A stretch of DNA of 64,000 nucleotides from Schizochytrium sp. TIO01 (taxonomy: Eukaryota > Protista > Bigyra: Labyrinthulomycetes), in contig SMSO01000031.1 of NCBI GenBank assembly GCA_004764695.1, positions 5,246,436 to 5,310,435 of the forward strand, written 5' to 3'. The stretch's first letter is position 1. Each line of letters starts with the position of its first letter. The position numbers were made by a program, and so were the translations under genes. Shown here one piece after another: positions 1-14,383 of this stretch. The notes below the pieces were generated by a model. The model made no database searches, was not told where the DNA came from, and saw nothing but the letters and a program-made list of their open reading frames with translations.

Positions 1-94
1 AGAGAGAGAGAGAGAGAGAGAGAGCAGCTTAGCGTTGCCCAATGCCAGTTTGAGTGCACAGAGGTCAGGTTTCCTGCGGCCGAGACCCTACTTC

Positions 95-122
<28 letters not shown>
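1..122 (+). repeat. (AG)n at the window start and (AATC)n at about 95-122
   Basis: Directly visible. Confidence 0.9.
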
Positions 123-125
<3 letters not shown>

Positions 126-2351
126 CAATCAATTAATTATTAAAAAGTCGTTCATTGCGTAACTAATACTTAGCAGGTACTAGTATCAAAATGTACTATA
201 TTTCATTTAAAAAACACTTTTTTTCTTCAAATAGGAAAGAAAGTTAAAAAGAAAGATTGTGCTCGAGAGACCTTCACTTCAAAAAAGGGGCTTCGCTTAC
301 ACTAATCAATTTACGTCCTTAGACAGCTACATCTTTGCTTGGCTCAAGCGCTGCTTCCAATACTTATTTATATATATGGTATCATCTAAGTACATAAAAT
401 AGATAATTGTCGATTTCTCGTTTCTTTGAGGTGTCCCATGGGCCTTGGAAATTAAATCGGGCTTGCGTCCCAATCTAAGTTTTTCATGTCAAATTCTTAT
501 TAAATAAAACGCCGCGTGGTTCTTTTGAAGAGAAACAATTAAATGTTGAAAAGGTCAGGAGAATGCTCGAGATCTAAGTATTTGGCGTTTTCTCGCAACA
601 CTCATCCAAGGTTGAGTTTCTTGCCACCTTTTAGCTGCTCTCCGTGTCTTGCAGGCGTCCTTCGCCGCCTATTCGTGCGCTTTCTTATTTTCCCGGCCCT
701 GTGGCAATGGTGCTTTTGTTTCTTCGTCCTGCCAGAGTCTCGTCGCAGTTAGCGAGGGCCCCTCCTTACACCGTTGATGAAGGGATTGCGCTCATTACGG
801 CTATACACTACAACTGGTCCAGGAAATGATTAAACCGCCTTTGGAGATAAAAATCAATTAAGTATCTACAACTTTGGTTAAAAATTCAACACAAAACAAT
901 CGCTGCTCTCTCAGAGTAGCAGGACCTGCTTCTCAAAGCTCGAGGGCGATATCTTTTGAAGCAGCTCCAAGCTGTCCGCGGCTGCTGCAGAGACAGGTCG
1001 ACCCGCTCCTTGCTTGAAAGGCGGCGGCGCCTGGGGAGGATGGGTTTTTTCAAGATCTGGAGTTACGGTCGCGAAGATATCGATCGAATGCGGTGCTGCA
1101 ATTCTCAATAATGAATGCTTCAGGTCAATTTTTCTTTTGCGCCATATCTTCAAACTATAAAAAATAAAATCATTCAAAAGAAAAAGAAGAGAAAGGAAGA
1201 CGAGACTGAGTTTATTTACCGATTTGAAATTTTTGATAGAAGTACCGTGACTGACATGGTCAATTAAAAGTAAACTTACGTACTATACATAATATATAAA
1301 GAAAAGGAAGACGAGGAGAGGCGATGAGAACTTAATGTAAGTTTAAAAGAATTAAGAAAACTTAATAAACTTAAAAGGTTTATTTGCTAGCGAGGACAAC
1401 CGTTCCTGCGAAGGCGGCGGTGGGGTACGTAGAAGACTTCGCGCAGGTTGCCGGAGGTTCGTCGTCCCACCACGTTCAGAGGGGCGCCTTCACGTTCCTG
1501 CCTGGAGCACCTCTGCTGCGATTCTCCACGCTCCACGCTTTCTTGGCGCCATCCGGCTGGCGGTAATGACGGCTCAAGCGTGCATTTCAAGAACACCACC
1601 CACGGCTTCCAAAGGGATAGTCAATGAATGAATCAGTGAATGAATGAATCAGTGAATCAATGAATCAATGAATCGATTCTTCAATTTAATGAACTAATCA
1701 AATGAACGAACAAAAGCTTACGTGGAAAAGCGCACACGCAGAAGGACGACTCACGTTAATCCAGGCGATTGTTTGCATGCAATTGGACGACGTCGATGCC
1801 GTGTACTTGAGGAGGTCAAGATTGAGATTAATCTTCGCTTTGAATTAACAAACATAAATTGGATTGAGCCGTCACTTGCCAAAGAAGGCAGCTTCTCACG
1901 AATCTACGATCCTCGCTCTTCAAGTCCGCAGATGGAGGATGGCTAAGCTGCTCTAAACCCACGAGGTTTCTTGCCGCAAAAGGAGTAAAAAGAAGACTGT
2001 ACTGTATTTTCTTCCTGCTTGAGGTTTTCTGGTTTCCTTCTCGGCAAAATACCATTTTGCTTTCTCTCGATAACAGAGGCGAAAAATACCGACCTTGCTT
2101 TGGCAGGCCTGAGGTGCGGTGCTCTCAGTCAACGCCGCCAAAGAAAGCCCTCGCAGGGCGAGCGAAGAACTCGCGAAGCACGGAATCAAAATAGCCGAAG
2201 TCTGCCTTCTCCAAGTTCTCGCATGGACTCGTTTCTTGTTCTTGCGACAATAGCGAATGTCGATGGACAACAAGACGGGGTTGCGACGAGGATCCACTCA
2301 AGAAATCGTGCGCCTTCCCATGAAGGATTTTCATTTCTGAATAGATTGATG

Positions 2352-2438
2352 ACAAACAAACAAACAAACAAACAAACAAACAAACAAACAAACAAACAAA
2401 CAAACAAACAAACAAACAAACAAACAAACAAACAAACA
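2352..2438 (+). repeat. (AAAC)n microsatellite
   Basis: Directly visible perfect array. Confidence 0.97.
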
Positions 2439-5015
2439 GGAAGACTCACTTTCCTTTCTTCTTTCTACCTACGTAACTATGTAGAGCCACATTCAGCCCT
2501 AGTAGTACCTAGGAAACCATTTATAAAATAAAAATAAAATGTAATAAAGGTGTTTCATGCGCCAGTAGGTAACTAAAATAATTAAGTTGAAGGAGTACAG
2601 CAACTCTAGGCCCCTCAAACTAAAGATAGAAGACTAGGAAACCCTTTCGCCCCAGCTCTGTTCTAACTTGCTCGTAAAGAGCGCTTTATTTTTGTGCTAT
2701 TACTCATTTCTTCTTCGCTTTCCATTCATGAGGAATCCAGCCACCGACTCGCGAGCGACGTTTTTCATCGATTGGTTGTCGTGGGTAATTCTACCGTCCA
2801 CTTAGCCTTTATTCTAATCCTAGTACAATCAACCCGAATTAACTAAACTACCAAGGTACCACATATTCTTTTTCGAGAGTATTTTATTTACCACGATAAT
2901 CTTTTCAGTTGTTATTATTATTATAGCATTTTAGCAGAAGAACAAGTTATAATAATAATGAAAGGAAGGAGAAGAAAAACGAGAATCGTCGAACGATGTT
3001 GTTTAAATATTGAAAAAGGAAAAGAAAAAGAAGAGAGCGCACAGCACCAACGCAAGATAGGAGAAAAGATAAAAAGCGCATCAAAAGTCAATTTATATCT
3101 CGCCCATCTGATTCTTGAGAGTTGGTCTTCCTTGGCTGTCGCGTTCTAACGTAGACATCGATGTGCGCCTTTGCATAGCTGAACAAAGTCTCTTTATTTC
3201 CTCGCCGTCTTCCACGGCGCTTATTATCACTTAGCAATCCAACTCGATTAAATAAAATCATCACAGTGTGTTTGCTCCATCTTATCGCGAAGGGCCGACT
3301 CTTAGGGGGGAGGGTAGGAGGGGGCTAGCTGGTCAGAGTTTGGCCATCGCTTTTCATCTCCATCCTCTTACACAGACAGAGCGTGGCGCAGTTTTATCTT
3401 GGCAGCGCTTTTCCACGGCCCGAACTGAAGCCAGAAAGTAGGGGCACAGTGCCTGGAGCGGGTGACGATATTCTCCCTCGACAGGACCTCCTACACTTCA
3501 CTGCGGCGCTACTGGGCGCTGTCTAGCCGCGATGGGAAGGGCGCTCTTCCATTCAGCCTGCCTGAATAAATAATTAAATAAATAAATAAATAAATAAATG
3601 ACTAAATGACTAAATGAATGAAAGAAAGAAATAACTAATGTTGCTTGCCAGTAGTGGCGTATTTGTTTCTCTGTTTCTTAATTTTCACTTCGTATAGAGG
3701 TATTGATAGTAAGAAGAAACTTGAAAGAGAAGAGTGAATGGGAGAGAAGAAAGTAGGTTAGTTAGTTAGTTATAGTTTGCTGATCGCGTAGTAGTGCCTA
3801 ATTGGCTGGTAGGAGAGGAGTTTAGTTTGTATTTAGCGCGCACTAGTTACGAGTAAGGTTCATGACTTCTCCAGAGAGAAGGCGAATGAAGTCGTAAGTT
3901 GCGCACTCAATAATGCCTGGGCAAGTGAGAGCTGGAATATAGTTGAAGTCGATGAGCGAAGGAAGAGGTTCTCTTGATATTTGCCGAAGGGAACTGAACA
4001 TACAGCTCAGGAGAGAAGGTATATCCAGCCAATCTCACAAACCGTCAAAAGTCAAACAGCAGTGCATAAAAAGTAAATATCAGCAAGCAAAAAACTTGAT
4101 TGAAAAAAAAGAAAGAAGAAAGAGCTGAAGAGATTTTCCAGTCCATCTACCTTTGCACATAGTAATAGCCACCTCCTCAAAGAAAATTAAACGTTCTCAA
4201 CTATTGAAAAAGAAAAGAAAAAAAGAAAAAAAGAAAAAAGACTCACTGCAACACGGTACTTTCGATACTACTACCAATCTCTAGCTAGGCAAAAGCAGTA
4301 GGCACTCTTACGATAGCCCATTTAAAAAGAAGAAAGAAGAGAGAGATATAAAGTTGAAAACTTCAGGACCTCGCGGTACTTGGCTTGAAACTAACTAGGA
4401 TTCCCTCGCCTGCGAAGGTCTCGAAGTGCCGGCGCTCGCGTTGAACCGTCTGCCCTCTGCCACCTCCCTCCCTCCCTCCCTCCCTCCCTCCCGTTTCCGC
4501 TTGATACGCTCGTGCGGACCAAGCAAGAAGTCTTGCTCAGCCAGCAATCGGCAGTAGAGAGGGAGGGAGGGAGGGCCAACCGCGCAAGTCAACAGAACAA
4601 CAGAACAATAGAAAAACGTTTTTCTGGAGCTGCGTACTCAAGCTAAACCCCTCTCATAACTAATAACACCTCTCCAAATGACACGTAAATGACTAAATCT
4701 CTCGACATCTAAACTAAACCAAAACCAAACCAAACCAAACTAAACCAAACTATAAACTAAACCAAACAAAACTTAAAAAACTAAAAACTAAAAAAAAAAA
4801 CTAAAAACTAATCCATGCAATTCACGAAGAAGAAAACAGCAGACTTGAAGGCGTGCACCCTCAATTCATTCCAATGCTGTCGCGTGGGATAGATATCTGC
4901 GGAGTCCATCTGCGAAAGCGCCGTCTCTGTCAAGCGGTGGTTCGACTTAGGTCCTTCGTTCCCAGCAGCTAATGAATGCACAGGAAAGAAGGTAAGAAAC
5001 CAACCAACCAAGAAA

Positions 5016-5031
5016 TCAATCAATCAATCAA

Positions 5032-5067
<36 letters not shown>
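5016..5067 (+). repeat. Compound (AATC)n-(TC)n microsatellite
   Basis: Directly visible. Confidence 0.9.
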
Positions 5068-5072
<5 letters not shown>

Positions 5073-8000
5073 GCGCTTTTCGAGCAGCTTGGCGCCAACG
5101 CGGTGCTAGGGTGTGGCTACGCCAAACGGTAGCCCAGGAGGCGTTACGCGGCGCCTCTCTTTACCGGTGGGAACGCAGAGAAGGCGGGATTCCCCTACGC
5201 TCTTAGTCGGCGGCACCTCGATCGTTGGTCTCAAGCGGAGCCTGGAGGCCGCCTGCGAAGGCTCTCGCACCCACCCACCTGGCCGCCCACGCACGCACGC
5301 CTGCCTGCTAGCTAGCTAGCTGTCTCTCCAGCGCTCTTCGGCTCCTTCCACGCTGCGAAGCGAGAGCTCGAAGGCGATACTCGTCGAAGGAGTTGATTGA
5401 TCCATTGAAGCATTCATTCATATATCGATCAGACTAATTATTTGTTTTCTTTTAGTTTATAATAGATAGAAAGGAGAGGAAAGGAAACTCTAACGGCTGA
5501 GAAACAAAAAGAAGAAAAAGGAGAGAAGAGCCCTATTTATTTGCGTTGAGTTTGGTTTGGTTTGCTGAAGCGGATTCGACGTTCTTGGCGTGAAAGCTTC
5601 GACGGGAGGAGAGCCGATCGAGGCGGCCATGGTGGACACGGGGCGCCATCCAACGTTCTTGGCGGCCTTGCTTGGCTCAGAGAGGAGGAGGAGACAGCAG
5701 CAAAAGGGGTCGAGAGGCTCGCGGTTTCCGGAGTCTCGTTGAACTCTTGAATTGTCTCACTCTTTATCTTTCTTTTACTCGATCTCTCGCTCCTCTTCAA
5801 AGTATTCAAATGAAGAGTCAACTAAAAAATATAATAAGCGAGTAAAGTGAACTTCAATCAGCAGGACCAATCGAAAAGAAAGGGACACAGAGCATATCAA
5901 AGTACCTCTGGGTAGTGCATTTATTTATTTTTTAGCATCTAATTACTTAGTTAGCTTGGATTCAAAAAGAAAAGGGAAACTTGAGCATCATTTTCAATTA
6001 AAAAAGGGAAACATTGGAAATAAACGTACCTTCTTTCTACCTAGCTAGCGAGGTAGAAAGAAGTACTTTCAGTCTCCAGGCCTACTACAAAACCACACTA
6101 TGAAGCCTTTGTCTCTATCGTCACGCACCGAACTTCTCTCTTTTTGGTGCTTGCATTCTGTGCTTGCGCCGCCGCACCTGCAGCGCAGCGCGCTTTGGCC
6201 CCTGATTACATCTCCGTTGGAGAAGCTGCCTGCTGTATAGAACAAGTCGATCTATAACCTGCTGGCAATCTGACCAAAAGAATAATGTCTGTCGATGAAT
6301 CAATCTGGAGAATCAAAGTAAACGAGTGAGCGATGTGTCGGTTAGTTTTATCGCGCGACGGCTTAGGCCGCTGCGGGGCACTGCGGGCACAGAGCCGCCG
6401 CAGTGAGAGGCCGCAAAAGAAAGTCGCCGAGTGCAGGAAGGCCCTCGTCGCTGCCGACACCATGACGGCACTCCCTCCCTCTCGTTCCTTACTTAGTTAC
6501 TTACTGCGGCGATGGTGCCTTCCTTCTGCGACGAGTGTTGCGAAAATTCTCTGCGGCTGCGTCGGCCTCTCGTTTAGGCGCCCTTGAACCCCTCTGGGCA
6601 CCTTTTACTCTTCTTGCTCATAATAGAGAGAAAGCAAAAACAACAATAAACCAGTCCTACTTGCTTTTCTTTCTTCTCTCGTATTCTCGTATTCTCTCCG
6701 TCTCTCCGTCTCTCCTGAAAACTGAAAATGAGAGGTAATTTACATAATAGATACACCATGCGACTTCTGCTTCCGCCTCGACATAAAAGCAGCGAAATGC
6801 GGGGGTTCGGTGCAAAGGAAAGGAAACCAGACAAAGGGAAAGCTTTGAAAGTGATTACCGTGTGTTTGTTTGCTTGTTTTGGCTTGCTTGCTTGCCTGCT
6901 TGTTAGTTAGTTAGTTAATATGTTTCAAAGCTTCTGAGTTGTAGGTGGCTAGAAAAGCCAAACAACAATAACAACAACAACAGCAACTCACCTCGCCGCA
7001 ATCCAATGTCCCATTTACCCCGGTTTACAATAAGCCCTCATATCTTTTATCTTTCTATGCTCGAGATCTATATTTTCTTTAACATCAAAATCAAAATATC
7101 GATAAAAAGATCCATTAAAATGAAAATCAGAAAGCAAGCCAAAAAGCACCAAAGAAATCAATCAGAAGGAAACAAGCGGCGGCGGCGGCGATGCTGACGA
7201 CGATGCTCAGCGCTCGCTAGCACTGTCCGTCGGCCCGGAGCAAGGGCCTAAAGCCGAACGAAGCCATCGACCTGAAGCCAGACAGACAGACATGAACATG
7301 GCTGGCTCGCTGCCTGACTGGCAGGGGAAGAGGGAAGGCCTGATGCGATAGTTTCGCCGTCGCTTACCCGGAAGAAGCACGCAGCCTGACTGACAGACAT
7401 TCATTCTTTCATTCATTCATTCTTTCATTCATTCATACGTGGAGACACACACACATCCATAGAGATAGAAAGGAATCCGCACACTCCGTCGCCTCCCCTC
7501 TCTCGCATTCTCGCGCTTTCTTTCGCTTTCTTTCGCTTTCTTTCGCTTTCTTTCTCTATAAGCAGTATTCTTTATACGCCGTGCTGCCGAGCTTTAGTGT
7601 AGTAGAGCTACTGCCACTACTGCAGAAAAGAGTAGCAAGTGTGGCTACCCTGGCATGCCGGGGCTTCTTTTGATTCTGCGGGAAGCAGGTGCGGGCAAAA
7701 TCGCGTGAGAAGACGCATGGGATGGGTCTCCACCGAGAAGCCTTGACCTGATTTGGTAGCCTCACTAAGAAGGTAAGTAAGTAGATACTACTCTACTAGT
7801 AGACTTTTTGTTTCAGAGCCGCCACTATATGTATATTCATATATATGCATACATGGATACGTAGACGCCTCTTTTTCTTTTAATTGTGGATAAAAGAAAG
7901 AGAGGAAACTGGGCTCCGTTTCGCTGCGAGACCTGAAAGCTCGATTGGCGCCCTTTTGGTGCTTTCGTGACGAGGCACACGTCTTTTGAGGGTGCTCTGA

Positions 8001-11000
8001 TGATGTGCAGAGCATAGGAAGTATACTATATACATACATACCCAGCTGGCGTCCGTCTGTCTGTCCAGCGAGTGCTTGTTTTTTTGTTTTTGTTTTTGGC
8101 TCTCTTCGTTTCCTTGTTCCCTTGTTCTTTGGGTTTCTTCATTACTCTGTTTGATTGCTTGTTGATTGTTTGATCGCTTGCAGCATCATCGCAATGCCTT
8201 GAGTTGATATCTTCGTGCGTTTTTGTTCTCGCGTTCTTGCCCTTGAAGTCGCATGCAAGCGTGTCTAGGCAGTAGTAGGCAGGCAGGCTAGCTAGCTAGC
8301 TAGAAGGTGCCTATTCTCCATAGTGCGCACACGACAGAAATAAAGAGCTGTCGTCGGCAAATAGATGGGTAGCAGTGGCACAGAGGTGCTCGAGATAGGT
8401 AGTTAGCTAATCGGCTGTCGCGCTGATTGGTTGGTTGGTGGGTGGCTCGTTAGCAAGCAAGCCCTGATGGGCAGCTTTATTTACCTACCTAACTATGGCC
8501 AAGGAAGTGGAAGCTTTCGCTCATCTTAAAACTTTATGATGCTTTTCGATTGAGCATAATTTTGTCTTTAAAAGTAGAAAAACTTTCTTGAACAAAAAAG
8601 AAAGGGAACATATAATAATAAGGGAAAGTAAGAAAGAAAGAAAGGGAAAATGTTTTACAGTAATTATATATTATTTAATATAGTTGCTGTAATACTGTAA
8701 AGAGGGAGAATCGATAAGATGATTCATTGACTAATTGGTTGGTTTGATATAGCGAGCCCATTAAAAAAAAAATGCGCAAAAAATATACAGTCAATCAATC
8801 AATCAATCAATCAATCAGTCAATCAGTCAGTCTGTTCAAACAGAAGACATATCTATCTCTATGGCGTGCCGACGGGGGAAGACCGTGCTTGACCGCTTCT
8901 CTGGAAGCCATCTGACAAGAGAAAATTGTGCTCGCTGTTGCCCATGAGAGGAAGGTCAATTAAAATAAGTAGACCAGTTTGCAGCCCGTCCTCTAGCTAG
9001 CAAGAACGGTATACTACAAACAGTTTAACTTTGTAAAAGAAAAGAGAAGAAAAGACTTTCTTCTTAAGTAAGATCTACAAGTCTGTTCACTTAGTACATA
9101 TATATGTTGAAAGGGAGGATTGAGAATTAAGGTCAGTGCGAAGTTCATCGAAGATAATGCAGCCAGCCAAGTCCTCTCAGTTGATAGGCGATGTGAACTC
9201 TGCTGCTGTGTCTATGCTCGGAAGGATGGCGTGGCGATGGTGGTGAGTTCTCCCGAGCGAGTGAGTGCTGTCCTGACCCGAGCCTTCCACCTGCCAGAGG
9301 CATCGGCGTTGCCCTCAGTTAATAGAAAGAAAAAATTGGCTTGACACTCACACACTGTGGATATCTATACGTCTGAGTCAGACGACTGTGGTATTATAAG
9401 GACTTGACTGCGGGAATAAATAATTTCCATAGTTCGTTCAGTTTAGATTCTTTGAGATATAGAGTTATGCATTGTATCTACTACCAACTACTAAAAGTTC
9501 GACACGGATACGTTGTAGTAGTGTTCCCTTTTATTCTTAAAAAAATAAAAATACGATTGTTATCTTTCAGTCTGCTGCTCAAAGCTAGTTTTTAGCCAGC
9601 TAGCTAGGCATTTTGCAGTGTACCAGAAACGTGACGAGTTGTCGGACTACTACTAGCTAGGTATTCTGCCGTATTCCTTTCGCCTCCAATGCTCGATATG
9701 ATGATCAGCCTTGAGTGGCCGGAGATTTCCTACTTTGGCTGGCTGTCTCTCTAGCGGAAACTAAAAAGTAAACTTATTTTTAAAAGAAGAGTCAAAGCTT
9801 TTGTGCATCTGATTCGCCAAAGCATGAGAGGGCGACCCTGTAGTTGCTGGCCCGATTTGCCAAGAGCACTTTGTACCCGTAAAATAAATTTTTGTTGTAG
9901 TTTAGTGAAGTCTTGTAGCAGAGATCTTTTGTGCTAGTTTGTAATGCACGTAGTACATAAAGGCGCCGTCTCGTAGTACAGAGTTATACAAGTACCTCGT
10001 AGCTCGGCTTGCCTTTGTGCAAGAGTGAAAGTCAAAGTTTTTTAAAGTTTTTTTTGTCCCAATTAGGTCTCGTCGAACGAGATACAGAAGAGAGGGAGGG
10101 AGGGAGACAAGTTGAAGAAAAGCGGTTGGTTTGGCTCCGAAAGTCTAAAACTCGAGTCGAAAGAGCTTTGAAAACTTTCTTGGATTTCTCATTTTCTAGA
10201 GCGACGAGAAAGTCTTACGAACGCTGGATTGGATATATTAATCGCCAAAGAACTTGGTTAGAAAAGTTGCTTTTATTTACCAGACATATATTCGTTTATT
10301 TAGTGTGATGTGGTTAGTAGTACGTACTGGGTTGATCATGATTATATGCGAATGGATGCACTACTTCAAATTTTTAAGGGGGTGGATAGAGGAGGAGGGA
10401 GGGGGGGCTCGAAGTCAAAATTTTCTGGCTGCGAAAGGTTCAGAACAGTGAGAACTTGGAGCACACTTAGAGGACAAAAATCAATCTTATTCGTAAGATG
10501 AATAAGAGATTGTGCAACTCTCATTATTCTTGACATGGAGCTGGAGTCCTTTCGGTAGGCTGAATGAGGAATAAGCCAGACCCGGCAAACTTAAAAACCG
10601 TACCTAGCAGTTCCAACACTCTATTTCCAAGTGCAAACTCGATCAGTTCTCTGAGAAATTATTAGATCATATCAAACAAGCAAGTAAGCAAGCCATGCCT
10701 GGATTGAGTTCGAAAATGTTTCCTTACAGGGGTGCAATAAATTCTTGACTAGCTGTTGGGTAGTAGTACAGCTTCGCTGAGTTTGCACTCAAAAAGGCCT
10801 CTGATTTCGTGACGCCGGGGATTCCCAAAATCCTCATCCATTTCCACTTGTAAGCAGCTGCTACCTGTAAGATCTGGGGGCCCTTGTACGGCGAGCGTCG
10901 ATTTCGCTGACGAAGCGAGCGAAGCATTCCTGAACCAAGAGGATCTCTCTTTTCAAAAAACGTTTACGCTGGCCAGGTGCTTGCGGATCTGGACAAAGTT

Positions 11001-12656
11001 GCTCGAGCCCGTACGCTGTAATTCTGCTTCTTGGTCTTGGTCTTGTTCTTGTTCTTCCCTGCTTCGGGCGGCGAGGAGCGAATTCCATCGCGTTCGACGT
11101 TGCACACAAACCTAGCTGTGTGCAATTGCACGCACTGCGTGTCCAAATAAACGCCTGACTTCGTTTGCGCCTGTAAAAAACAAATCGGGTCTTCACATCG
11201 CTGCGGCCCACCAGCCTCCCTCGTGGGTCGCGCAAGATACTGACTGACTTATACATACATACTTAATTACTTTCTTTCTTACTTACTTACTTTCCCACCT
11301 ACTCAACTCTGTACCCAGATGTGCCAAAGACTTCACTCACGCATTCGTCTCCTGGAATTGATTGAGATGGCTGGCCGTAGCCTCGTTTTCTCAGACATTC
11401 GAAGGCCACTGCGGCGGTCGCTTTGAATCGAAGCAGATCCGATGGAGTGAAATGAAATGAAATGAAATTAATTAAAACCGAATCGAATCGAATTGAATTG
11501 AATTGAATTGAAAGTAGGTAAGCAAGTCATTGCGTTGTTGGGCTCTCTCCGTGCTCCGGCGTCTGCCTCGTCTCTTCAGTCCAGACGCAGCGGCGATCGG
11601 TCAATTCGAAGAGCTTTGAGCCACGAGCGTTCGAGCGGCGGTGTCGCAGGATCTCCCACGCACGAAGGAGTGAGGGCTGTGTAGAGTTTATTCTTCTGCC
11701 GTTCCTGCGGTTCGTAGCTAAATGGTCGAATGATTGATCGATCGATTGATTGATTGATTGAATCAATGATTGAACGATTGAATAACTCTTGCATATGTGC
11801 ATACGTAGGTACTGCCTGCAGCTAGCTAGCAGCGTGTAGCACCCGGCGCGACTCGGGGCGGAGGGAAGAAACACGGTGGCGTGGAAGCTGTCTCGAACAT
11901 GCAGGCACGCCACGCCGGCATAAAAGAGCTTCGGCAGAGAGCGCTGTCGTCGCGTACAAGAAGCTATAAAGACCAAACTCCCCGACAGCCCTCGCATTCC
12001 TGGTAGCAGCGTGGGCCTTGGCGTGGGTAGTGGCCGATAGGCGATTCTCTAGGCCCGCGAGGAGGAGGTCGAGGGTGGCGGCGGTTTTCGTGGTCCCCCT
12101 CAGAGCCGACGGCGTTTTCTAATCTTTCCCCTCTTTGGATACATGAGGCGGCGGCGCCACTGCGGGGAAGAAAGTGGCTTTGGAGACGGAGAGCTGCGGT
12201 TTGTTCCGCGCTGCCTATTGCCACAGTCCTGCTTCGCGAGACATCCGTCGCTCAATCCGCCCATCGACCTGTCTGTACATCCATTCGCTCCTCCAAGGTT
12301 TCCTCAGCAGCAATCAATCCATCGACGAGTCGCTTGCTTACACATTTATCCCATTGCTCTTTTCTTCATTCGCTCACGCGCTCGCTCAGGCAGATTGGTA
12401 GTGAGTGGGTTAGTTAGTTGGTTAATTAGTTAGATAGTTTTTTAATGAGTCGTCAGCTAGTTAGATAATTAGTTGGTTAGTCAGTCGCTCGTCAGTCAGT
12501 GAGTCAGTCAGTTAGTGGGTTTAGAGAGGTAGTTAGTTACTTGGTTACGTAAAATCAGGCTCTCAGTCAGTCACTCTGTCAGTCAAAACAATTAATTTAG
12601 AATTTATTCATTTATTATTATAATTACTATAATATTTATTTATTTATTCATTTATG

Positions 12657-12733
<77 letters not shown>
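12657..12733 (+). repeat. (TTAG)n microsatellite inside a longer degenerate period-4 tract (about 12400-12780)
   Basis: Directly visible. Confidence 0.95.
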
Positions 12734-14350
12734 GGTTAGCCAGTTGGTTAGCCAGTTGGTCAGTTGGATAGAAAGTTATTGATAAAAAGTAGGTTGGCCG
12801 GCTGGCTTGGGGTTCCCACTCCGCCTGCCTCCAGGAATTACCAAAATCGGGAGTAGTTGGAAAAGCGAGAAGTATTGAACTTGTTCCTCGAGGTAGGTAC
12901 GTGATAATGAAAAGAGATGTCTAGCTGACTAATTCTTATATAAGAGTTATAGACAAACCAAACAATGTGCTACACAGCTTATCGAGGATGCCAGGCTGAC
13001 CAATAAAATAATAAAATAAAGGAATAGTAAAGTAATAGTAAAAAAAAATAAATAATAGAAAGACATAAATAATGAATGAGATAGTGAATTAGATAGTGAA
13101 TTAGATAAATAATTAGATAAAGTCGAAGTTTGGCTGATCAACGAAGGAGATTGGGCAGAAGAGATAATTAATTGATCGTTTGCGAGGATGATGGAACCGG
13201 CTGGCTTTTGTCTCGCCTGTCCCCCTCGTTTCGCAGTCGGCGACTTGGTTGGCAGTCAGTGGCTTTATCCGCAAGGTAAGTTGCTTTCTCTCCATGCGCG
13301 GGGGCTCTTCTGGTTTCCTGTCTTTGGAAGCCGCTTCTTGAGGCCCGAGAGACGCCAGCAAAGACAACTCATCCCTTCAAGAATCCGCGATTGCTTGTTT
13401 TTTCATTCGAGGCCATTCCATAAACTGATTTGATGAATGGTCACGATCGCCATGGGCATAATAATTACTAAACTTTTAACCAGTTCTATTATTTATTTAT
13501 AAAAAATTAAAAAAATATAAATAATAATCAACAGCCAGAGATAGATATTTATGTCTCTTTTGTGTTGGCCGTGGAAAAATAATCAGCGCCCTTGCACAAA
13601 CTCAGAGTTTCCATTATTGACAAGCGGCGGCCTCCCTCAATCTGCCCCTCATCCTCTCCTTGTGCCTACCTTCCTCCAAGCGTAGCGACCCATGGCTAGC
13701 TGGTACGGGAAACTTAGTTCTTTGCTGTCGCGGAATAATAATCCACAGCGTCAAGGCGACCTTTTCTGCGACTGCGAAGATAAATTCCTGCATTCGCAAG
13801 CAAGGGAGCAAACATATTAGTTTCTATCTATAGTACGCAAAACTAAAAACTTGTTAAACAATATTTAAAAAAACTAAAAAAACTACTTAAACTAATGTTA
13901 TGTCTTTATAATTAAAAAAGAAAAAAGAAAGAAAAGGAAAAGTAGAAATATACATTTAAAATTTAAAATTAACAAACAGAAACTGAGATAGTTATAAATG
14001 GAGAAATGAAAGAGATGAGCAATCAATGGAAACCAACCCACCGCCATTCCTCAGCTTGCGGGGAGGTGGCCGTCCTCGTGACAGCTAAGAGGGCAGCTGC
14101 TAATAAGCCTCCTCTCCTCTGGTTCTGCGGCCATTTGCAAGGACAGCGAGGTTTCCTCCGTGGGTTTGCCGCGCGAAACAGAGATTCCTTGCTTGGCGGC
14201 ACTATGCCGCCTCGCCTCGTTCATCAATATCGAAGTAGGGTTTCTTGTTTTCACTCTATCTTGATGATTCACTTTATGAATTTAATTCATTTGTTCAATT
14301 GATTGATGGATTGATTGATTGATTGAGAACTTGAAGTGCATACGGGAATT

Positions 14351-14351
<1 letters not shown>

Positions 14352-14382
<31 letters not shown>
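14352..14382 (+). repeat. (AATC)n microsatellite
   Basis: Directly visible; similar arrays at about 8792-8817 and 11745-11760. Confidence 0.9.
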
Positions 14383-14383
<1 letters not shown>

